Positions 1-10,274 are shown, numbered from the stretch's first letter. The stretch is 32,000 nucleotides of DNA from a cyanobacterium endosymbiont of Epithemia turgida isolate EtSB Lake Yunoko (GCF_000829235.1 NZ_AP012549.1:1350001-1382000), one strand, 5' to 3'. Numbers and translations: made by a program. The notes: generated from the sequence alone by a model not told the origin.

Positions 1-180
1 TTTATTTTTCTTGATTCCATTAGCTTCAACTGTTAAAATACCTTGACCTTTGGCTACTGTCCAATCAATATTAGCTTTCCAGATAGGTTTTATGGAATAT
101 TTAGGTAAATGATCACTAGTTAAGTTATATAAGCAACTTTTTTGACTACTTGAACCTGCATTAATGATTAAAATTTTCAT
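1..180 (-). CDS. ackA: acetate kinase, first 60 codons (gene runs off the left edge)
   Basis: Reverse-strand ATG at 180-178. My translation is MKILIINAGSSSQKSCLYNLTSDHLPKYSIKPIWKANIDWTVAKGQGILTVEANGIKKNK. The MKILxxNAGSSSxK opening is the N-terminal phosphate-binding motif of acetate/propionate kinases. It is missing from the ORF track because the window edge truncates it. Confidence 0.75.
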   Translation of the reverse strand, partial: MKILIINAGSSSQKSCLYNLTSDHLPKYSIKPIWKANIDWTVAKGQGILTVEANGIKKNK

Positions 181-1142
181 GATTATTTTATTTATTAAAT
201 TTTATATTATTCTGTATTTATGAAAGTTTTTCTAGGTTAAATTAAATTGATAATAAATTCAGAGTCTCCTCTTTAGAGGCAGTATAAACTCAGAGACGGT
301 ATTTACTTCATTTAATATTGTATTAGGATAATATTAAACAATGTAATATGAACAAAAGACAGATACTTGATGGTTACAATAATAACAATGATCAGTTAAC
401 CAACTTAAACTAACTCTATTATTTAGATATTCTTCCATGTTAGCTTTTTGAATATCTGAATTATCAGTTTTAGGATAAATTTATATAGCAAAGTATGGTG
501 GTAGATAAAAAAAATTATTTTCCCTTTCACTCCATCCCCAAGGAAAATAATTGTTAGCTATAAATAAAATATCATAGCAATAAATCAGACTGCCAGGCAG
601 TTCAAGCCCTGTATGAAAACCAAACATATCTCCTCATGCTTTTTCTTGTAACAAATTTAGTATATGCTTTAAGTTCTTTATTTTCTGATATTTCCCCTCT
701 ACGTGTAGTTGTCACTAAAATTATAGTAGTCTTTGATTATAATCTTAAATTTTAGATTTTAAAAACTTAGCTATTTTAATTCTTACTCACTAATATCGTC
801 AATAGTTTATTTCATAAAATTATTGTATTTACTTTTTAATTATTGGATAATTAATGATATTAAATTCCTAAAAAACTCAGCCATATTAACATTATAAATA
901 TCCTTAAAAGTTAATAAAAAATATAGCAAAAATAGATTTCAAGCAGACTTTAATTAGTTATAATCAATATTTAATTAAAGTTATCTTCTCTTGATTACTG
1001 TTGCTAATTAGTTAATTTTTATATTAGTATCTTTACACTATATTATAAAATATATATAGCATATATATCATTTTTTTGTTGTTATAAAATATAAATATTT
1101 TATAAATCACTGATTCACTTTGTATCTATTTATTATCTATCA

Positions 1143-1466
1143 TTACTTACTATATTTGAATTTAGTATGAGCTATTTTAAGTTTTAAAAAACCTCCTAAT
1201 CCAGCCATTACTAGGAAAAAAAGAACAGTCATAGATTGGGGAACAGCCAAAGAAATAATTGAATTTTGCACCTCTAAAACATTCTGAGCCTCTGATGGGA
1301 CAGACTGTTTTAGAATAAACTTTACAGGAGTATTTTTTAAATTATTGTGAGTTTGAGCTTGATCTAAATTAGTATAACCATCAACACTGAATGTTAAAGA
1401 ACTTCCTATGGTTGAAGCAAGAGTAGCAGAGGAAGTTGCTACCACGAATCTATTAATTACGGTCAT
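1143..1466 (-). CDS. small hypothetical protein with a degenerate PEP-CTERM-like C-terminal sorting signal
   Basis: 107-aa ORF with an ATG start. The C-terminus VPQSMTVLFFLVMAGLGGFLKLKIAHTK has the PEP-CTERM layout (VPEP-like motif, hydrophobic helix, basic tail), but VPEP reads VPQS. The N-terminus is Ser/Thr/Ala-rich. The ORF is isolated in AT-rich DNA, so it could itself be decaying. Confidence 0.4.
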   Translation of the reverse strand: MTVINRFVVATSSATLASTIGSSLTFSVDGYTNLDQAQTHNNLKNTPVKFILKQSVPSEAQNVLEVQNSIISLAVPQSMTVLFFLVMAGLGGFLKLKIAHTKFKYSK

Positions 1467-1899
1467 TTGTGTAAAAATCTTAATAAGAATAAAGTATCTT
1501 GGCAGAGATTATATACGACTGTTTAAATATACCTTTTTTCTTTATAAAAATTTTACATTTTAATTAATGAAGTAATTATGTATTAATAGCTAAAAGCTGT
1601 TCCCTTAATACTGAAATAATATTTATATTTTGTCTTTTTATAAAGCTCAAATTTTTATACTGAATCTATCTTTATGATTAAAGTTTATTAATTTATTTTT
1701 TACACTACAAATAGATTAGTATCTATTGTATAAAACAAAAGTAAATTATCGGTTTGGCTATGCTTATTTTTAAAAAATTAACTAATCATGGACTACAAGT
1801 GAGTATAATCACTGGCTTTAGTAGTTTCCTCTTGCCCAGTTCAATCACAGCTTAAACTAATTTGGATAAGTTAATAATAGAACTTTGTCAAAAGTCTAT

Positions 1900-2659
1900 T
1901 GAAATCAAAGTAGCAGTCACTGAAAACATAAGAAAACGGATATAAATATCTTTTGAAACCGTAAAACTATCGTCGATTTCTAATACAGAATTTAAAATTA
2001 AAGGAACAGCACGTTTACGGAGTGGTAATAATTGGCGATTCTTCACCTATAACTGTTTAGTTAACGGGAGTGGGGAGTGAAGGACTGGTAAATAAAGTTA
2101 ACTATAACCTAGATAAAATATAGACCCAGACCAAGTATCCGATTATGTCAAGAAGAACTGCGAGTGACTGTCAAACGAGATAGTAACGGTTCGGTGGAAT
2201 TTAACGATAGTCTGAAAGCTTATTATGTGTCCAAGACAGAAAAAGGAGTCAGAGGAACTTTCATGGACAAAGGGACTCGAAATAGGTTAGTTAGAGCGAA
2301 AATATTTTAATTGCACATTCAATCTTCGGGAAGAATAGGTAATAAAACTTATTTAGAGTTCTGACAGTAGCAATCGCCCCATCGCCAGTGAAGAACAAAT
2401 GATTTGGCTGTGTCAAGATGCTGTCCGTCAACAAGTCTCTTAAAATAGAATTGATCTAGGAGGAATTTTGGGAATTAGTATCGGAACTGGACAGAGTGTT
2501 AAATTTTGAGAATCGGTTAACACTTTTGATATCGCAGATGCTCAAAAAAGAATTGGAGGAAATGCCACCTTGTTAGAAGGCTAAAAACAGCGTCAGGTTA
2601 GTTATAAATGTACTCTTAACATTCGTCAGGGAATCATAACTGACACTACAATCAAATAA
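1900..2659 (+). pseudogene. disrupted gene of unknown function (beta-rich secreted or lipoprotein-like), broken by stops and frameshifts
   Basis: A patch visibly richer in GC than its flanks. Protein-like segments are spread over different frames: EFKIKGTARLRSGNNWRFFTYNCLVNGSGE*, VTVKRDSNGSVEFNDSLKAYYVSKTEKGVRGTFMDKGTRNR, NTFDIADAQKRIGGNATLLEG*, and YKCTLNIRQGIITDTTIK* ending at 2659. No frame stays open for 60 aa or more. Confidence 0.5.
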
Positions 2660-2727
2660 TTTTGTAGCAAACTGAACTCTATAATTTGTATTTTTATTAC
2701 ACTCTAACTAAATATATAAAGAGAACA

Positions 2728-3810
2728 ATGAGTAACTATAATTCCAGCCAAATTCAACAACTTCGAGAATTAGGGGCGTATTTGTGCCAACAAAGATTGG
2801 CTCGTTCCTTAACCTTAGAGCAAATAGCGACGAGTACCTTCATTCACTTATCTATCCTAAAAGCTCTTGAACAAGGGCAGGTTAATGAATTACCCGAACT
2901 CGTCTATGTGCGAGGCTTTGTGCGCCGTTATGGAGAAGTCTTAAATCTCGACGGACATAGCTTAGCCGATCGATTTCTCCTTCAGCAAGTTGAAGAATCC
3001 TCTTCTGCAACTTCCCCTGAATTGGCGATCCCCTCACCAGTTGAATCTTTAGGAGAAGGTTTGTTGCCTTTCTTAGGGGGCATACAGACAACCGCAAAAA
3101 TACGAAAAAAATTGTCTTCTTTCCTAAAAAATTTAATACCCGTAACTCATAAAGAATTATCGATTCCGCCCATTTTTTTACCGTCTACACTCAAAGTTTG
3201 TGGGTCTGTATTCCTATGGGTAGGAGCTATAACAGTACTTTTTTATATTTTCTCTGCCTCTCAATTTTCTGAATTTTTTTCCAAAAACAAGACTTCCGAA
3301 GTGGGAACCCCCCTTTTAAAAAAGACTAAAAACCTAGCAGACCGAAAATCTCAACCTGCTTCCAATATCATTGAATCTGTTGTGCCTAAGTCCAATACCA
3401 CCCCGGCTGCCAAAAATGTAATTCAAAAGCCAGTAGACGATAAAAAGGAAACCCCATCAGTCTTTACTTCGGCAAATACTGACACCAGAGAGAATAATGC
3501 TCCGAGTACGGGCAATACTACTTCCAAATTACCCCAAGAGCTAATCTTTTCAAATCTCAATTCAGGTAGTCCTGTAGATGTCTCTATTTTCCTGGAAGAG
3601 GATTCTTGGATGAGGATTAAGATAGACGGTGAAATTGAATATGAAGGAATTTTAGGAAAAGGCACTCAGCAAACCTGGACTGCCCAAAAAACTTTGATTA
3701 TTCGGGCTGGTAATGCGGGAGCAGTCAACCTTATCGTTAATGATCAGCCTAGCCGAAAGTTGGGAAATATTGGTGAAGTACAAGAAGTTACCCTAACTAC
3801 CAATAGTTGA
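2728..3810 (+). CDS. RodZ-like helix-turn-helix protein (N-terminal XRE-type HTH, one TM segment, C-terminal DUF4115)
   Basis: The ORF track opens at a TTG (2686). The in-frame ATG at 2728 (MSNYNSSQIQQLRELGAYLCQQRLARSLTLEQIA...) fits the usual HTH N-terminus. A hydrophobic segment (VCGSVFLWVGAITVLFYIF) follows, then a low-complexity linker. The C-terminus (DVSIFLEEDSWMRIKIDGE...AGNAGAVNLIVNDQP) matches DUF4115. Confidence 0.85.
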   Translation: MSNYNSSQIQQLRELGAYLCQQRLARSLTLEQIATSTFIHLSILKALEQGQVNELPELVYVRGFVRRYGEVLNLDGHSLADRFLLQQVEESSSATSPELAIPSPVESLGEGLLPFLGGIQTTAKIRKKLSSFLKNLIPVTHKELSIPPIFLPSTLKVCGSVFLWVGAITVLFYIFSASQFSEFFSKNKTSEVGTPLLKKTKNLADRKSQPASNIIESVVPKSNTTPAAKNVIQKPVDDKKETPSVFTSANTDTRENNAPSTGNTTSKLPQELIFSNLNSGSPVDVSIFLEEDSWMRIKIDGEIEYEGILGKGTQQTWTAQKTLIIRAGNAGAVNLIVNDQPSRKLGNIGEVQEVTLTTNS

Positions 3811-3864
3811 GTATCAGTTTCTGATGAGGCTCAATCACCTTTGATCTCTACTCTATAATTTGTG

Positions 3865-3919
3865 TTAAACCCCTTCGATGGAAGCTAAGGGATCAACAAC
3901 AGAGATCGATGGGGTTTAA
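3865..3919 (+). terminator. hairpin downstream of the RodZ-like gene (possible terminator)
   Basis: 15-nt arms, ttaaaccccttcgat (3865-3879) and atcgatggggtttaa (3905-3919), with one mismatch and a 25-nt loop. It lies 55 nt after the stop codon. There is no clean U-run, so function is uncertain. Confidence 0.3.
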
Positions 3920-4271
3920 AATTTGTTATAAAAGACGAATTTTAAACATAACTTTAGCCAAGTAATAAACTCAGAATTCAAAGAGATTATGGCAAAAGAT
4001 AGTTTATGATACTTGTCCTTGACCTCTTTAAATTTTAGGGCTTCTATAAAAGTGGGTCATTTAATTAACTAAAAATTAATTTTTTTATTTTCCTCTTCAT
4101 GGTTCCCTGCTCTTTCCTCAAACACTTCACCAAGGAACTCTTCTTCTCCAAGAAAACGTTGGCTGCCTAAAACACAATAATAGGTTGTTATTACTTAGTG
4201 ATTAATATCTAATTATTAAAGATCAATTGTTAGTCCCCAAAAAATTTTCTAGATTAAGGATCATTAATAAT

Positions 4272-4994
4272 TTATAATTGTCCTCTCATAGCTAGTTTCA
4301 TTTCTCGGACTGCTCGTTCCATCCCTACCAACACCGCACGACTGATAATAGTGTGACCGATATTCAATTCTTCTATCCTCGGTAAACAAGCAACAGGGTA
4401 AACATTCTTATAAGTTAAACCATGACCAGCATTTACTCGTAATCCCAAGTTTGACGCCTGTTCACATCCTTGTCTTAAAAATTCTAACTCTTTTTGGCGT
4501 ACTATAGCGTTAGGAGCATCTGCATATTTACCCGTATGGAGTTCAATAAATTGAGCTTGGGTGTCGGCTGATGCTTGAATCTGAGTTTCCTGTACATCGA
4601 TGAATAAACTCACTGGAATGTCTGCACTTTGCAAGCAGACAACAATTTCTTTTAGACGATAAAAATTCCCTACAATGTCTAACCCTCCTTCGGTAGTTAT
4701 TTCTTCTCGCTTTTCGGGAACTAAGGTCACGTAATCTGGTTTAATGTCGAGGGCGATCAGAACCATTTCATCAGTGGCAGCCATTTCCAAATTTAGATGA
4801 GTGCGAACAGTTTTACGCAACAACTGCACATCTATATCTTGAATATGACGACGATCTTCCCTGAGATGGATAGTAATACCATTCGCCCCTCCTAATTCTG
4901 CTAAGACAGCAGCAGCGATGGGGTCAGGCTCAACAGTACGTCTTGCTTGACGGATAGTGGCTATATGATCAATATTGACACCAAGAGTTAGCAA
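4272..4994 (-). CDS. pdxJ: pyridoxine 5'-phosphate synthase
   Basis: 240 aa. [25 protein letters not shown]...HLREDRRHI...VNAGHGL are characteristic PdxJ motifs along the full length. The start is TTG (4994-4992) with an in-frame TAA directly upstream, so no ATG start is possible. Confidence 0.95.
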   Translation of the reverse strand: MLTLGVNIDHIATIRQARRTVEPDPIAAAVLAELGGANGITIHLREDRRHIQDIDVQLLRKTVRTHLNLEMAATDEMVLIALDIKPDYVTLVPEKREEITTEGGLDIVGNFYRLKEIVVCLQSADIPVSLFIDVQETQIQASADTQAQFIELHTGKYADAPNAIVRQKELEFLRQGCEQASNLGLRVNAGHGLTYKNVYPVACLPRIEELNIGHTIISRAVLVGMERAVREMKLAMRGQL

Positions 4995-5277
4995 TTAATT
5001 TAACCTCGTCTTTTGAACTCATATGTATTCTAACATTCACTATTTTAACTGAAGTTTTTAAAGGTTTTTAGTATTGTTTAATGATACTATCAATATAGTA
5101 TCAATCTAATTTATTTTGAATTGATTATTATAAATAGGTTAAGAAGTTTTAAATATTGATCTCAGGAAGGATGCGTCAAGTTCTAGATACCTTGTTTTTT
5201 TGTAAAATAGTTAAACTACAATTTAATACAGCTATATTTTATGTTCACATTACCCTTGTCTCTTCTTTACTAAAAGA

Positions 5278-5318
5278 AACACTTTCATAAGTTCTAAATT
5301 AGAATTTATGAAAGTGTT
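5278..5318. repeat. 41-nt near-perfect palindrome
   Basis: aacactttcataaGttctaa-a-ttagaaTttatgaaagtgtt. The arms are 20 nt with a single G/T mismatch around a central A at 5298. Confidence 0.9.
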
Positions 5319-5505
5319 TAGTATAAATTACTTTTTAGATAAAAATTACTTTGATTTTTTAACCAATTAGCACAAGGAAAGTATTGTCTGTTGATTCATT
5401 AGAAAATATCTTTTTATTTTATTGATATAAAATTTATAAATAAATCAATATTAACTAAATTTTCAGTATATATAAATATATTACTAATACAGTCAGCAAC
5501 TAATT

Positions 5506-5559
5506 GAAATATTTGTTGTAAATTTTAAAAAAATTTACAACAAATATTTCTGTTTTTTT
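5506..5559 (+). terminator. orphan intrinsic-terminator-like hairpin (no intact upstream gene on this strand)
   Basis: Perfect 21-bp stem: gaaatatttgttgtaaatttt (5506-5526) and aaaatttacaacaaatatttc (5530-5550), with a 3-nt loop. It is followed by tgttttttt (5551-5559). The U-run is on the + strand only. Confidence 0.35.
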
Positions 5560-6600
5560 CTTGTATCAAAAATTAACTATTATCTAGATAAAATTTAATT
5601 TTTTTTTAGTTGCTAAAACTAAAATATTACTACTTATCTCTCACTCTTTCAGTCTGTTTTAAAGCAGAATATAGAAAATCTAGTTCATATCTAATTTATG
5701 CAATTTAGTTAATTCTATGATTTATAGCTCTTTGAAAAACACCGCCACTAACTATTGGAGCAACAATCAAGTCCTATATCTACTGAATATTTAAATTTTT
5801 TCTAAATTTTTAGTTATTAAAAATAATTATATATCAGGGTTTTAAACCTATTTACAATAATTTTTTCTAAAAGTTTGATTGTTAAAAATGTTTCATTCTA
5901 GGTTTCATTAATTAGCTCTTCTTGATAATTCTTATCAACTATTGTTTGAATAAACTTAGGGACTCTAATAATTACATGTCCTAACAACATGATTTAAATA
6001 TTTAATTATTGTAATATTAATTTAATATACCAAAATTTTAATATTTTATTGACTTTATTCAACTATCTATCTATTGCTTCATAAATCACAATCAATTTAT
6101 CTGTCTATTTATTTAAATTTAGCTTACTATATTTCATAGTAGTTGAAATAATTTATAAATTTTATCAGTAATAATTTTATTATATAATTAGAATTATTTA
6201 TACTTAATTTTTTTAAAAATATTTTTTTTAGACTACATGTATTATCCTGAAATAAAACTAATTTTTGATGATTTTAAAATCAAACAGATAATCTGGTAAG
6301 TTTTAAGTATAATTTTATCTTTACATGTATTTAACATTTATTTAGATATTTAAAATAGATTTCTTTTTAATAAAAAAATTATTCTAAACCTTCTTAAGAT
6401 AAGCTTTGCTAGATGTTGCATATTTTTGTTGAAATTACTTCGACAAAAATATTGTTTAATCTCGGTTTTTGAATTAAATAGTTCATAAGAAGAGCAAATT
6501 GTTATAATTTTATGACTTAGTAACTATATATATATTAATGTTTCCATAAATTATTCTTGATTAGTTATAGAATTTTACTTCTGTTCTTAAAAGAATACTC

Positions 6601-7308
6601 TTAAAAATTTTGACAAATCTGTCCATCCCGAAACAAAATAGTTCGTTGACAGTGACGGGCAACTTCTGACTCGTGAGTTACAATTACTAGAGTAATACCC
6701 GTATCATTAAGTTCTTGGAAAATACCCAGTATTTCTTGAGTCATTTGGGAATCGAGGGCTCCTGTAGGTTCATCGGCTAGAAGTAACAAAGGATCATTGA
6801 CAATAGCGCGGGCTATGGCCACCCGTTGTTGCTGTCCGCCCGAGAGTTGATTAGGCTTATTATGAAGACGATTCCCTAATCCCACTTTTTCTAAGGCAGT
6901 AGCAGCGCGCTCACATCGTTTTTGAGTGGCAATTCCTGCATAAACCATCGGTAAGATTACATTTTCTAAGGCTGTCATCTGCGGCAGTAGGTGAAATTGT
7001 TGAAAAACAAAGCCAATTTTGCCATTGCGAATGGCAGCTAATTGTGTTTCTTGGAGTTCTGACACATTCGTATTGTCAAGGTAATAACAACCTGAAGTGG
7101 GACGATCAAGACAACCGACAATATTCATTAAGGTCGACTTTCCTGAGCCTGAGGCCCCCATGATAGCACAAGATTCTCCTTTTTCTATAGTTAGACTAAC
7201 GTTCTTGAGAGCATGGAAAGTGGTATCGCCACTACCATAAACTTTAGAAATCTTTTCTAAGCGAATAATGATGGAGTAATATTCGTTAATTTTATTAAGA
7301 TAATTCAA
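6601..7308 (-). CDS. ABC transporter ATP-binding protein, MacB/LolD/DevA-like; no partner permease or membrane-fusion gene nearby
   Basis: 235 aa. Walker [11 protein letters not shown]-loop, signature [14 protein letters not shown], Walker [13 protein letters not shown] and H-loop THE are all present. The N-terminal [12 protein letters not shown] and DRPTSG motifs are typical of the MacB/LolD subfamily. The start is non-ATG (TTG at 7308, or a nearby ATT). Confidence 0.9.
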   Translation of the reverse strand: MNYLNKINEYYSIIIRLEKISKVYGSGDTTFHALKNVSLTIEKGESCAIMGASGSGKSTLMNIVGCLDRPTSGCYYLDNTNVSELQETQLAAIRNGKIGFVFQQFHLLPQMTALENVILPMVYAGIATQKRCERAATALEKVGLGNRLHNKPNQLSGGQQQRVAIARAIVNDPLLLLADEPTGALDSQMTQEILGIFQELNDTGITLVIVTHESEVARHCQRTILFRDGQICQNF

Positions 7309-7849
7309 GGTATCTTGGGAAATGGTAAACTGCCAAAGGACATTTTAAAGTAAACGTCAATCTCACTTATATTTACCTTTTATTATGGCGTACATCATAT
7401 AAATCAGACATTTCTTAATAGAATGGTTAGTAATCGCGGTTCTTAGATAGTTTCCATTAAGTTAAAATTTATTACCAATCAAGTGTGTTAGTCGTAAATC
7501 TTGTCTGATATTCTTAAATTTTTTGATTACTTATCTTATATTAATTGACAGTCAAATAACTACTTGTTCAATGCTATATCTTTTAGTGGGTTAGTTCATT
7601 AGTTTAATTTATGCTGTTAGCACAGTATCTTTAATATAGGATAGAAAAAAATTTTTTCTTAATTTGTATCGTGTATAAATTAAGTTCTTAATATAGAGGA
7701 AACACGCCGCTAGATTATATTAGCCTAGCATCCCCTTAATTTTTATATTTTATCGATCAACCTTTAGCTAAGAAAAAAGTTTTCATGATTTTACTTTCAA
7801 TAGCAATTACGATAGTAGAAATCATTCATTAATAACCTGATCGTTCTCA

Positions 7850-8944
7850 ATGACAGTTAAACGCTCAGCTAGTTCTCAATCGCTTGTTTCCCAATCGTCT
7901 ATTCCTCAATTATCCTCTAGACAGAAGAAATCTTTCCCATCTTCTGCGATCGTATTATCAGGAAGAGCCACACTCCCAGAAAAGCAAAAGATAGATGAGA
8001 CCCTTCGTCCTAGTTGCTTAGCTGATTATTTTGGACAAAAAGGACTTAAAAATATTTTGTCCATTGCTATAGGAGCCGCCAAAGCTAGACGAGATTCTCT
8101 TGATCATTTACTTTTGTACGGACCTCCTGGACTAGGTAAAACCACTATTTCCTTGATTATAGCTACGGAAATGGGGGTCAACTGTACAATGACAACTGCT
8201 CCTGCTTTAGAGCGTCCTAGAGATATTACAGGACTGCTAGTTAATCTTAAGCAGGGCGATATTCTCTTTGTTGATGAAATTCACCGTCTAAACCGATTGA
8301 CTGAAGAATTACTTTACCCAGCAATGGAGGATTATCGTCTTGACATTACCCTTGGTAAAGGACAAGCTGCTAGAACTCGTACCATTTCCTTGTCCAAGTT
8401 TACTTTGATCGGAGCAACGACTAAGATTGGATCGTTAACCTCTCCATTACGCGATCGCTTTGGGCTCATTCAACGATTACAGTTTTACGAAATTGATGAA
8501 TTAATGTTGATTGTATTACGAACTGCCAAAATTCTGAATACGGAAATTACTAAAGATGGAGCGGCAGAAATAGCTCATCGTTCACGAGGAACCCCTAGGA
8601 TTGCTAATCGTTTATTACGGCGAGTGAGAGACTATATACAAGTAAAAAAACTCGATTGTATTAGTCAAAAATTAGCAGCCGAAGCCTTGGATATTTATCA
8701 AGTTGACATTCAAGGACTTGATTGGATGGATCGCCTAATCTTAGAAACTATGATCAATCAATTTCAAGGAGGACCCATTGGGCTAGAAGCTATAGCGGCT
8801 GCTACAGGAGAAGATGCAAAAACTATCGAAGAAGTTTATGAACCCTATTTATTACAAATTGGTTATCTTTGTCGTACGCCTAGGGGAAGAGTCGTTACTA
8901 ACCAAGCTTATCAACATTTAAAGCAAATAACTCAGGGACAGTGA
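7850..8944 (+). CDS. ruvB: Holliday junction branch migration DNA helicase RuvB
   Basis: 364 aa. Motifs [13 protein letters not shown] (Walker A), [10 protein letters not shown] (Walker B) and [16 protein letters not shown] are present, with full-length RuvB architecture and an N-terminal Ser-rich extension. It contains HIP1 GCGATCGC at 8451-8458. Confidence 0.95.
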   Translation: MTVKRSASSQSLVSQSSIPQLSSRQKKSFPSSAIVLSGRATLPEKQKIDETLRPSCLADYFGQKGLKNILSIAIGAAKARRDSLDHLLLYGPPGLGKTTISLIIATEMGVNCTMTTAPALERPRDITGLLVNLKQGDILFVDEIHRLNRLTEELLYPAMEDYRLDITLGKGQAARTRTISLSKFTLIGATTKIGSLTSPLRDRFGLIQRLQFYEIDELMLIVLRTAKILNTEITKDGAAEIAHRSRGTPRIANRLLRRVRDYIQVKKLDCISQKLAAEALDIYQVDIQGLDWMDRLILETMINQFQGGPIGLEAIAAATGEDAKTIEEVYEPYLLQIGYLCRTPRGRVVTNQAYQHLKQITQGQ

Positions 8945-9081
8945 TAGATTTTAAATAGATAGTTAATAAGGAATTTACTCTTCTGTATTAGGCATAAAAA
9001 ATCATAAAATAAAAGGCTAAAAATCTTGTTTTGCAAGTCGCTAAAAACTTACTTTTAATAAGTAAGTTAGATTTAGTCACT

Positions 9082-9105
9082 AAAAAAATAATCTCTCCGG
9101 AGAGA
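9082..9105 (-). terminator. probable intrinsic terminator of the squalene-synthase-like gene
   Basis: Perfect 14-nt palindrome tctctccggagaga (9092-9105). On the - strand it is followed by ttattttttt (the A-run at 9082-9088 on +). It begins 35 nt downstream of the stop at 9140. Confidence 0.45.
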
Positions 9106-9139
9106 GACTTGATTCTAAACTTAATTATTAATTTTTAAC

Positions 9140-9961
9140 CTAATGACTGTAACCGGTTACTTGTTGGACTAAAGCAATAACGTCACTACGGCTTAGTTTT
9201 TTTTTGCCTAAAGCCATTACTTCTAGAGTTCTATAGGCTAATGCCAAAGGAATTTTACAGAAATCCGAGGCCGGTCCTGGGGGCAAAGACTTAGTGTAAC
9301 AATCAGCTAGCGTAAGGTTACGACGAGCATATTGATGAACATCTTGTTCTAGCCATCCTTGGGGCAGGAAATTCACTCCACGTTTCAGATCTTCGCGATG
9401 ATTACGGACAATATTGACTGCTTGTAACCCTCGACCAAATCCAATAGCATAAGTTCGGTTAGTTTGAGTTCCATCGTACCAGGCCCACAAGTCAGACAAA
9501 AGTAACCCCACTGCCCCAGCAACACTAAAGGTATATTGATCTAAGTTAGCTTCAGTATTAATTGTCCAGTTGTTTTCAGCCCAATATGCCATACGATCAG
9601 CCATTGCTGCTGTAGCGTCCCAAACACGAGGAGCAATGGAATCAGGGGCCAACAAAGCCCATTCTCCTACCCGTAAAGTCACATCTGGCAAAGTAGCGTT
9701 ATAGGACATTAATCCGACTGAAAAATTCTCAATCCTAGTGTTTTCTGTTCCTGATTGCAAATTGAGACTCATACGACGTAAAAGTTTAGCTTTAGTAAAA
9801 TTATCAAGTTGAGGATGATCTTCTACTTCATCAATAGCCCGCATGCATAAATAAGCAGAGGAGACGGCCTCCTGTAACCCATCTGGAAGACGGCTAATGG
9901 GAATGTAAAATGTTCTACTCGTTTCCTTGAGAATTTTTAAGGCATTATTTCGTAAAGTCAT
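9140..9961 (-). CDS. squalene/phytoene synthase family protein (eukaryote-type squalene-synthase-like, short form)
   Basis: 273 aa. SRTFYIPISRLPDGLQEAVSSAYLCMRAIDEVED contains the first Asp-rich motif (DEVED). QAVNIVRNHREDLKRGVNFLP aligns with the second SQS motif region (NIIRDYLED...GRxFWP). Confidence 0.8.
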   Translation of the reverse strand: MTLRNNALKILKETSRTFYIPISRLPDGLQEAVSSAYLCMRAIDEVEDHPQLDNFTKAKLLRRMSLNLQSGTENTRIENFSVGLMSYNATLPDVTLRVGEWALLAPDSIAPRVWDATAAMADRMAYWAENNWTINTEANLDQYTFSVAGAVGLLLSDLWAWYDGTQTNRTYAIGFGRGLQAVNIVRNHREDLKRGVNFLPQGWLEQDVHQYARRNLTLADCYTKSLPPGPASDFCKIPLALAYRTLEVMALGKKKLSRSDVIALVQQVTGYSH

Positions 9962-10274
9962 TTATTTAACTCCTCACACCAATTTAGGCAATAGCATAGA
10001 CTTACTTACCTGAGACATCTAACTAAACTATTATTAAGTTCCTGACTAAAGGAAAATTTATTATCTTATATGTTTAGATAATAAAGACGATGTCCATTGT
10101 ATTACGCTTAAGTAAAATTTGCTTTAATTAGAGAGTTTCATCAAATTAAGTATATTTTTATTAAATAAACAACGGCTCTCTATTCTCAATGAAATAAAAA
10201 CTCAACAAGTTCTAAAGATTCAGTTGTGACTCACGATATAAATAAGTCTCAACCAAGATCAGAGCAACTAGTGA

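Noticed and set aside
481-627. A 48-codon ATG ORF on the - strand, upstream of ackA (MFGFHTGLELPGSLIYCYDILFIANNYFPWGWSERENNFFYLPPYFAI*).
   Set aside because: I recognise no family and half of it is AT-rich filler. It could be a relic, but I cannot support it.
2882-3097. 71-aa ORF on the - strand inside the RodZ-like gene. The same situation applies to 3423-3665 (-), 13090-13554 (+), 24152-24373 (+) and 30150-30560 (-).
   Set aside because: All are antisense or alternate-frame ORFs fully or largely embedded in much better supported genes (RodZ-like, glyQ, DUF2141, pheA). They have low-complexity or Arg/Ser/Leu-rich shadow-frame composition and no recognisable motifs.
2677-3864. The 13-nt exact repeat ctctataatttgt at 2677-2689 and 3851-3863 brackets the RodZ-like gene.
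   Set aside because: At this AT bias I estimate that tens of exact 13-mer pairs are expected by chance in 32 kb. The first copy may simply contain a TATAAT -10 box (2680-2685).
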